Assembly (NCBI GenBank): GCA_002104945.1
Contig: MCFH01000068.1
Span: 192,899-256,898 of the forward strand
Direction: 5' to 3'
Source: Piromyces finnis finn
Taxonomy: Eukaryota; Fungi; Neocallimastigomycota
Length of the DNA stretch: 64,000 nt
Each line of letters starts with the position of its first letter. Position 1 is the first letter of the stretch. Position numbers and translations under genes: made by a program. This document shows positions 55,101-64,000 of this stretch, in pieces. Below the pieces are notes generated by a model that saw only the letters and a program-made list of their open reading frames with translations, made no database searches and had not been told where the DNA came from.

Positions 55101-57705
55101 GTAATGATTCTAATAATGCTACAGATAATAATTCTTCCGGCAATACCACTTCAGATAATGATGCTCATGGTTTAAATTTTATTCTTAAATTATTCAACCG
55201 TATTTGGGATGGAGACTTCCCCAACTCATGGAATGAATCCAGTATTGTTTCTATTCCTAAGAAGGGAGATTTGACAGATTGTGCTAACTATCGAGGTATA
55301 TCACTTATCAATAATGGTATTAAGTTGATTTCAAAAATTGTCACCACTAGAATCTCAGAATATGGTCTTAATAATAATTTCATTAGACTTGAACAATTTG
55401 GTTTTCGAAAAAAGGAAGAAAGTATCAGTCTTTTCATTTCAATCCAAGAAATATGCCGTAGATGTCAATTAGATAATAAAGAGACATATTTGGCCTTTTT
55501 AGATCTCAGGAAAGCATACGATTCAGTCCCAATCGGTAATATTCTCCATAAATTAGATTGTTTAGGAATTCGAGGTAAGAGTTTACAATTTATCAAAAAT
55601 TTATATTTAACATCTAAGGCTAATGCAAAATTAGATGGAAAATTCTCGAAATTTTTTGATGTGAAGAAAGGAGTCCGTCAAGGTTGCCCACTTTCTCCTA
55701 TTCTTTTTAATCTCTTTATTAATGATATTTTTAAAGAGTGCGAAGATCTAGGAGTCAGTTTAGGTGACACTCGATGCTGTGGTGGACTTTTTGCAGATGA
55801 TATAGTTATTTGTGCTCCAACAAGAGGATGCTTAAAAAAGATGCTTAGAAGAGTTAATGAATAGGCCTTGTATAATGAAATGGAATTTGGTATCCAGAAA
55901 TGTTCAACGATGGTAATTCGTCCTGAATCAATAGAAAATCAGAGTAAGAGAGATCCAACATTTTACTTAACAGGACAACCCATTCCAACTACTGATTGTT
56001 ATACTTATCTTGGTGTTCCATTTGATAAGAATCTGTCCCTTAAACCAGTTATTAAAACTCTTAATAACAAAGTTTTGAAAGGACTTTTTTCAGTCAGTAA
56101 ATTCTTAAGAAATCCTAATATTCCTATTCCCTTCAAAAAGCTAGTACTTAATTCACAAGTAATCAGCAGAGTTTCATACTTTGCACCATTACTTGGATCC
56201 AACAAAGCTAGGTCTAGGATTGCTCAGAAGCATGTTAACAAAGGAATACGATAGGTTGCCGGAGTTCATAAAGCTGTATCGTTTATATCTTTATACTCTA
56301 TCTCAAAAGATTTGAATATTCCTCCATTGTCAGCCAAATGTGCGTTAGCTCAGGTTAGATGTTTTAACAAATGGAAAAACTCGAATTGTATTATCTCACA
56401 CCTTGTCAATTACATTCCTAAATTTAGAAAATATACATGGTGCAAATCAAATAGGACACTTGATAAAAAACTAAAGAAGCATGGAGATGTTAAAGCAGTT
56501 AAAAACTTTTATTGGAAAGATCTCAAAGGGAATTCAATCAAAGCGCAATATTATGATGATAATAAATTTATTGAAACTAAAGATTTCATCAAGTTATGTT
56601 ATGAGTACCCAGAGTTTGCCTATGGCTTCTACTGGTTATTGAAAGCAAGAAGCGGATACAAGTTGGATGCTAGAGTTGCCAAAGCTGCTAAATTTGTTGA
56701 TCCAGTTTGTCCTAACTACTGTCCATGTTGCAAGTGTGGTGTTCAAAGTATTAAACATTGGTTATTAGATTGTCCAACATTTAGAGATATCCGTATTAAA
56801 CATTATGATTCCATAGTCCAGCTACTAAATTTTTTCAGTCAACGTAATTCCAACAGTCCTATCAATAATAATGAAAATGTTAATATCAGTAGAGATAGTA
56901 ATAATATTAATAATAATAATAATAGTAGTAATAATAATTACAATAGTAATAGTAACAATAGTAATAATAACAATAGTAATAATAACAATAGTAATAATAA
57001 CAATAGTAATAATAACAATAGTAGTAATAGAAATAATAATATTAGTAATGATAGCAATAGTGATGATAATAATTCTAATTTAGATAGTAATTTAATTAAT
57101 AATAGTAATAGTTCTAATAATCCGGTGAATATTAATGTGTATGATTATTCTAGTGTGTGCAGTAAAATATTTAAATTCCTTCTTGGAGGAAGAAGTTTTA
57201 ACAATATCAATTACAATTCAAGGGAATGAAAAGAACTTTGCAAGTGTCAGATTCAATCTGGTACTAATGAAGGAACACCATTCTTGACGGTAACCGCGGA
57301 ACTTCTAACCAAAATCATGCCTTTTGCTACTGGCCAGCAATGGTCAATGTTCAAAAGGTTTGAAGCAACATCCAAGAGCGTCAATGCTGAAGAAACAGTA
57401 AGACAGGCCAGGAGGGCCAGCGCAACCAATGGAGATCATAATTTTGTCCCATGACAAAATTTTGATCTTTGGCTCTATGTCCCATTGGAAGTCAAATAAA
57501 ATTATTATACCTTAGTATAATAGTGGCTTTCTTACTTTAATTAAAATTACTAGAATACATTATACCCATTTTTATTCATTTGTGTTTATTTAAACATATT
57601 TTTTTATTTTTATTTTTATTTTTAATTTTTTATATTACATGTATTATAATTTTAATTAAATTAATAATAAAGTTTAAAATATTTGATGCCGTTAAAAAAA
57701 AAAAG
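52132..57705 (+). mobile_element. Full-length LINE copy 2 (inverted, near-identical to copy 1)
   Basis: Coordinates sum to 100450 with copy 1; same 5' start CTCCTTGGG; poly(A) 57694-57704; only one homopolymer indel noticed. Confidence 0.9.
52895..57229 (+). pseudogene. LINE reading frame (ORF1-like, Gln/Ser/Asn linker, APE, RT, CCHC) with in-frame stops at 53282, 55862 and 56252
   Basis: ORFs 52895, 53756, 55868 and 56312 share one frame; 53285-53755 is also open. Confidence 0.88.
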
Positions 57706-58531
57706 TATTATTGTCATATATATAATTATTATTATTATAATTATTATTATAAGAATTGTTATTAATATCATAAGAATTGTTATTATTATTATTATTAGTA
57801 GTATCATTATAAATAAAATTAGTAATATGGTTGTTGTTAAAATTAACATTATTACTATCATAGAAATAATTATTCCCATTTAGTTCATTATTATGAACAT
57901 ACATAATATTTTCATTTATTTCGTCATTTGAATCAAAAGAATTGCCAAACTTGGTTTGATTACTGGGAGTTGTCCTTCTCCCATAGTTTAAATTATTTGA
58001 TTCAGATGGATTGTTTAAATTAATTTTGGTTGCTTTATTGTAATTATTTTCTGGTAAGTTCTTTTTATAATAATTATTATAATATTTATAATTTAATTGA
58101 TTAGGGTAATTATTATTAATATCGTTCCTGTTATCACTATCATTAAAGTTATTCTTCATATTATTCACATTGACATTACTGACATTATTAAATGCATTAT
58201 TATTCAATGTGTTGTTTTTATTATAACTATTGAAACCATTTACTATTATACTCATTATATTCAATATTATTATAATTATTTTAGTTATTGTAAAGAAATG
58301 TGTCTTTAACAATAAAAACAAATTATAATATTTACTAAATAACTTAATAATATTAACACTTTAAAATATTCTGTAAATTATTAATTTATAAAAATATTAT
58401 TAAAAACACATAAAATTTAACTTAATAAGTTAGTGTTTAATAATATAATTATTTATTAATAAAATCTCGATTTTTTAAAATATTTGGGAAAATTCACTCG
58501 TATTTATACTAAAAATTTTTTAATTAATTTA
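57706..58531 (-). repeat. Mirror copy of the 3' flank of LINE copy 1 (41918-42743)
   Basis: Reverse complement of the Asn-rich ORF and part of the Z-like LTR, extending beyond the LINE poly(A) and TSD. Confidence 0.9.
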
Positions 58532-58539
58532 AAATATAT

Positions 58540-61500
58540 TTAAAAATTTTAGTATAAATACGAGTGAATTTTCCCAAATATTTTAAAAAATCGAGATTTT
58601 ATTAATAAATAATTATATTATTAAACACTAACTTATTAAGTTAAATTTTATGTGTTTTTAATAATATTTTTATAAATTAATAATTTACAGAATATTTTAA
58701 AGTGTTAATATTATTAAGTTATTTAGTAAATATTATAATTTTTTTTATTGTTAAAGACACATTTCTTTACAATAACTAAAATAATTATAATAATATTGAA
58801 TATAATGAGTATAATAGTAAATGGTTTCAATAGTTATTAATAAAAACAACACATTGAATAATAATGCATTTAATAATGTCAGTAATGTCAATGTGAATAA
58901 TATGAAGAATAACTTTAATGATAGTGATAACAGGAACGATATTAATAATAATTACCCTAATCAATTAAATTATAAATATTATAATAATTATTATAAAAAG
59001 AACTTACCAGAAAATAATTACAATAAAGCAACCAAAATTAATTTAAACAATCCATCTGAATCAAATAATTTAAACTATGGGAGAAGGACAACTCCAGTAA
59101 TCAAACCAAGTTTGGCAATTCTTTTGATTCAAATGACGAAATAAATGAAAATATTATGTATGTTCATAATAATGAACTAAATGGGAATAATTATTTCTAT
59201 GATAGTAATAATGTTAATTTTAACAACAACCATATTACTAATTTTATTTATAATGATACTACTAATAATAATAATAATAACAATCTTTATGATATTAATA
59301 ACAATTCTTATAATAATAATTATATAATAATAATTATATATTGACAATAATACTTTTTTTTTTTAACGGCATCAAATATTTTAAACTTTATTATTAATTT
59401 AATTAAAATTATAATACATGTAATATAAAAAATTAAAAATAAAAATAAAAATAAAAAAATATGTTTAAATAAACACAAATGAATAAAAAATGGGTATAAT
59501 GTATTCTAGTAATTTTAATTAAAGTAAGAAAGCCACTATATACTAAGTATAATAATTTTATTTGACTTCCAATGGGACATAGAGCCAAAGATCAAAATTT
59601 TGTCATGGGACAAAATTATGATCTCCATTGGTTGCGCTGGCCCTCCTGGCCTGTCTTACTGTTTCTTCAGCATTGACGCTCTTGGATGTTGCTTCAAACC
59701 TTTTGAACATTGACCATTGCTGGCCAGTAGCAAAAGGCATGATTTTGGTTAGAAGTTCCGCGGTTACCGTCAAGAATGGTGTTCCTTCATTAGTACCAGA
59801 TTGAATCTGACACTTGCAAAGTTCTTTTCATTCCCTTGAATTGTAATTGATATTGTTAAAACTTCTTCCCCAAGAAGGAATTTAAATATTTTACTGCACA
59901 CACTAGAATAATCATACACATTAATATTCACCGGATTATTAGAACTATTACTATTATTAATTAAATTACTATCTAAATTAGAATTATTATCATCACTATT
60001 GCTATCATTACTAATATTATTATTTCTATTACTACTATTGTTATTATTACTATTGTTATTATTACTATTTATTATACTATTGTTATTATTACTATTGTTA
60101 CTATTACTATTGTAATTATTATTACTACTATTATTATTATTATAATTATTATTACTATCTCTACTGATATTATAACATTTCATTATTATTGATAGGACTT
60201 TGGAATTACGTTGACTGAAAAAATTTAGTAGCTGGACTATGGAATCATAATGTTTAATACGGATATCTCTAAATGTTGGACAATCTAATAACCAATGTTT
60301 AATACTTTGACACCACACTTGCAACATGGACAGTAGTTAGGACAAACTGGATCAACAAATTTAGCAGCTTTGGCAACTCTAGCATCCAACTTGTATCCGC
60401 TTCTTGCTTTCAATAGCCAGTAGAAGCCATAGGCAAACTCTGGGTACTCATAACATAATTTAATAAAATCTTTAGTTTCAATAAATTTATTATCATCATA
60501 ATATTGCGCTTTGATTGAATTCCCTTTGAGATCTTTCCAATAAAAGTTTTTAACTGCTTTAACATCTCCATGTTCTTTAGTTTTTTATCAAGTGTCCTAC
60601 TTGATTTGCACCATGTATTTTCTAAATTTAGGAATGTAATTGACAAGGTGTGAGATAATACAATTTGAGTTTTTCCATTTGTTAAAACATCTAACCTGAG
60701 CTAACGCACATTTGGCTGACAATGGAGGAATATTCAAATCTTTTGAGATAGAGTATAAAGATATAAACGATACAGCTTTATGAACTCCGGCAACCCATCG
60801 TATTCCTTTGTTAACATGCTTCTGAGCAATCCTAGACCTAGCTTTGTTGGATCCAAGTAATGGTGCAAAGTATGAAACTCTGCTAATCACTTGTGAGTTA
60901 AGTACTAGTTTTTAAGGGAATAGGAATATTAGGATTTCTTAAGAATTTACTGACTGAAAAAGTCCTTTCAAAACTTGTTATTAAGAGTTTAATAACTGGT
61001 TTAAGGGACAGATTCTTATCAAATGGAACACCAAGATAAGTATAACAATCAGTAGTTGGAATGGGTTGTCCTGCTAAGTAAAATGTTGGATCTCTCTTTC
61101 TGATTTTCTATTGATTCAGGACGAATCACCATCGTTGAACATTTCTGGATACCAAATTCCATTTCATTATACAAGGCCCATTCATTAACTCTTCTAAGCA
61201 TCTTTTTTAAGCATCCTCTTGTTGGAGCACAAATAACTATATCATCTGCAAAAAGTCCACCACAGCATCGAGTGTCACCTAAACTGACTCCTAGATCTTC
61301 GCACTCTTTAAATATATCATTAATAAAGAGATTAAAAGAATAGGAGAAAGGGGCAACCTTGACGGACTCCTTTCTTCACATCAAAAGATTTCGAGAATTG
61401 TCCATCTAATTTGACATTAGCCTTAGATGTTAAATATAAATTTTTGATAAATTGTAAACTCTTACCTCGGATTCCTAAACAATCTAATTTATGGAGAATA

Positions 61501-64000
61501 TTACCGATTGGGACTGAATCGTATGCTTTCCTGAGATCTAAAAAGGCCAAATATGTCTCTTTATTATCTAATTGACGTCTACGGCATATTTCTTGGATTG
61601 AAATGAAAAGACTGATACTTTCTTCCTTTTTTCGAAAACCAAATTGTTCAAGTCTAATGAAATTATTATTAAGACCATATTCTGAGATTCTAGTGGTGAC
61701 AATTTTTGAAATCAACTTAATACCATTATTGATAAGTGATATACCTCGATAGTTAGCACAATCTGTCAAATCTCCCTTCTTAGGAATAGAAACAATACTG
61801 GATTCATTCCATGAGTTGGGGAAGTCTCCATCCCAAATACGGTTGAATAATTTAAGAATAAAATTTAAACCATGAGCATCATTATCTGAAGTGGTATTGC
61901 CGGAAGAATTATTATCTGTAGCATTATTAGAATCATTACTTGATGGAATTAATGCTTTGTAAAATTCAATTGGAATACCATCCGGACCTGATGCTTTACA
62001 ATTTGGAGTAGAGAGGATAGCTGATTTGACTTCATCAATACTAATATCTTGGTTGATATCCCATTCATCAAGCATAGGAAGTGAAAAACGTTTATTCGTT
62101 GGTTCTTCATACCAATGCTCCAAATCAAGACTTACACCACTTGGATCTGATGCAAGCTTTTCGAAATGATCATGCCACACTTCTAGTTGTTCTTCTCTGT
62201 AGCAACAACTAATTCTCCATTTTTATTTTTAATTGGTTGAGCAATAAAGAAAGAATCTTTTCCAATTTTTGCAGTTTTCTTGATCCATTTCCAGGCCTTC
62301 TTAGGATTATGACTCTTCATATACTCACATCCTGTTTTAATCCAATGAAGATATTCTTGTTTCCTAAATTCATTACATCTTTTGTGGATGTAATCAATGA
62401 GCTTACGGTAGATTTTAATTCTTTTAATAAATTCATCTATATCATAAATTCTTTCTTTTTTAAATCTCTTATACAACTTCATTTTGATTTTTTGAAGATT
62501 AAAAATTTGTTGTGAAATATGAAATGAAGACTTTATAACATTATTTGCTGAGGTAATACTGAGCTCGTCTGCAATTGAAAAAGCAGTTGAAGTAAACTCT
62601 TTGGAAAGTTCATCTGTAGAAACATTAGGATCGTTGAATTTTGCTGAAAGTATTTGGAATTTATTATGACTGAGAATAGATTCCTTTTCCTCAATACATT
62701 TTAATCTATTCCATTTCAGAATTTTCTTAGGAACATTAAAGTCATTAGAAAAATCTTCCATAGGAATAATTTTACCATTAATAAGAAGTGGCTTATGGTC
62801 TGATACAGGATAAAAATTATTTATAAATGATCCTGAGTGAATAAGATCTTTCATCTTCGAGTTGATAAGAGCATGGTCAATGTCGGAAGATTGATCACCT
62901 CGAGTCCAAGAGATAGTAGACTCTCTAAGCGGAAGAATTTCCCAATCTCCTAATCCATTAGTTGATAACCAGTTGGATAATTTTACTTTAGACATATTAA
63001 AATCACCAACAAGAATCGATGGATGGGATGAATGAGTTTGTAACCACAAGCGAACTTCTAACTTTGCATGATCAACATAGATGTTGTGATGACTATGAGG
63101 CATATAACACTTTCCAATCGAGCATTTGAATCTATTCCAGAGACTAAAAGTATAAATAGAAATAATATACTTTCCAGAGAAGTTTTCAAGTGAGGCTTGA
63201 CACGAATTGTGAAAACCTAAATATAAACCTCTCATTCCAGGAACTGATTCGTCAGCTTTCTTGAAAAAGTGTCTATAGTTTCGCAAAGTAACACGACAAG
63301 GATAATCTGTATTCGAACCAGAACCATTACCAGTTTCTTGGAAACATAAAAATAATGGTTTGAAAATAGCTGTGAAATAGCTAATACTATCTCTCTTTTC
63401 GTGATTCCACCCATTGGTGTTCCAACTAAGACAAAAAGAAAAGTTATCAGGCTTGTTGGATGAGGAAGAATTGTTGCTATTATTATTATTATTAAAGTCA
63501 TCATTATTAATGGATGATGCATCAGAGGAATAAGTAGAACTATTACTAGATGGCTGTGAAACTGAAGAACTATCAACTATTGAACTGTTATCAGAGTTGA
63601 TAGAACTATTAGAATTAATTGTTGAATGTTGAGATTGAAATTGTGTTTGCTGTAGATCTGGAATATTTTCATGATGGGAAACTTGTTGAAGATCTTGTTG
63701 AAGATCTTGTTGAAGATCGGATTGTTGATGAGATTGTTGAACTGATTGTTGATTGATTATTGAATAAAATGTTGATGTTTATTAGAAACTAAAATTTTAC
63801 GTTTGAGCGTGGAAAAAGTGTATTTGTGATTCCTTCTACTACGAGTTGAAAGGAAATTGAGGTAACTGAAAGTTGTCTGGTTTCTTCTTTAACATGTGTA
63901 AGATTTTAATACAATCTTTCGATGAACCATGAACCTTGACTAAGAAAAAGTGATCATTGAAAATCTGAAAATATTTAACACTAATAACTGAATTAAATTT
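58540..64000 (-). mobile_element. Fold-back third copy: flank (58540-59352) + LINE copy 3 (59353 to window end)
   Basis: Palindromic junction at ~58531; many 1-bp indels; TGG at 60795-60797 and 61178-61180 where copies 1 and 2 have TAG. Confidence 0.85.

Noticed and set aside
53282-56254. RIP-like CpA>TpA mutation explaining the three LINE stops
   Set aside because: All three fit CpA>TpA, but three selected sites are too few, other differences are of mixed type, and B2 and C are unmutated. Needs a genome-wide dinucleotide test.
57387-57420. CTGAAGA as a hammerhead ribozyme core in the SINE/LINE shared motif
   Set aside because: No stem II followed by GAAA and no stem III/UH arrangement could be built.
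41918-58531. Composite DNA transposon or foldback element carrying the TTL gene
   Set aside because: The arms are LINEs plus flank, there is no transposase and no outer TSD, and copy 1 has its own TPRT-type TSD.

Overview
Very AT-rich eukaryotic DNA, most likely from an anaerobic gut fungus (Neocallimastigomycota). This is inferred from composition, Asn-rich linkers, short GT-AG introns and a scaffoldin-like gene. Most of the window is nested retroelements, many resolved to the base from target-site duplications (TSDs). There are two intact Ty3/gypsy chromoviruses: B2 (19031-25525, +) and C (31598-37941, -). A third, B1 (4071-10094), has an inverted R-U5 copy at its left end instead of a normal 5' LTR. 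Also present: degenerate gypsy and copia relics, at least four solo-LTR families, a tRNA-headed SINE plus a relic, and three copies of an APE-RT LINE arranged as an inverted pair plus a fold-back. Three host genes are visible: a scaffoldin-like pseudogene, a secreted GDSL/SGNH esterase whose first exon is split by B2 and the SINE, and an intact intronless TTL-family gene with a signal-peptide-like N-terminus. Best leads: (1) the integrated U5/U5 inverted-end element, explicable by Tf1-type self-priming; (2) a fungal SINE-LINE pair sharing a covarying hairpin; (3) an LTR family carrying a tRNA-like Pol III module; (4) the inverted LINE/mirror/fold-back structure, which may be breakage-fusion-bridge or misassembly. 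All alignments were done by eye; no database searches were run.
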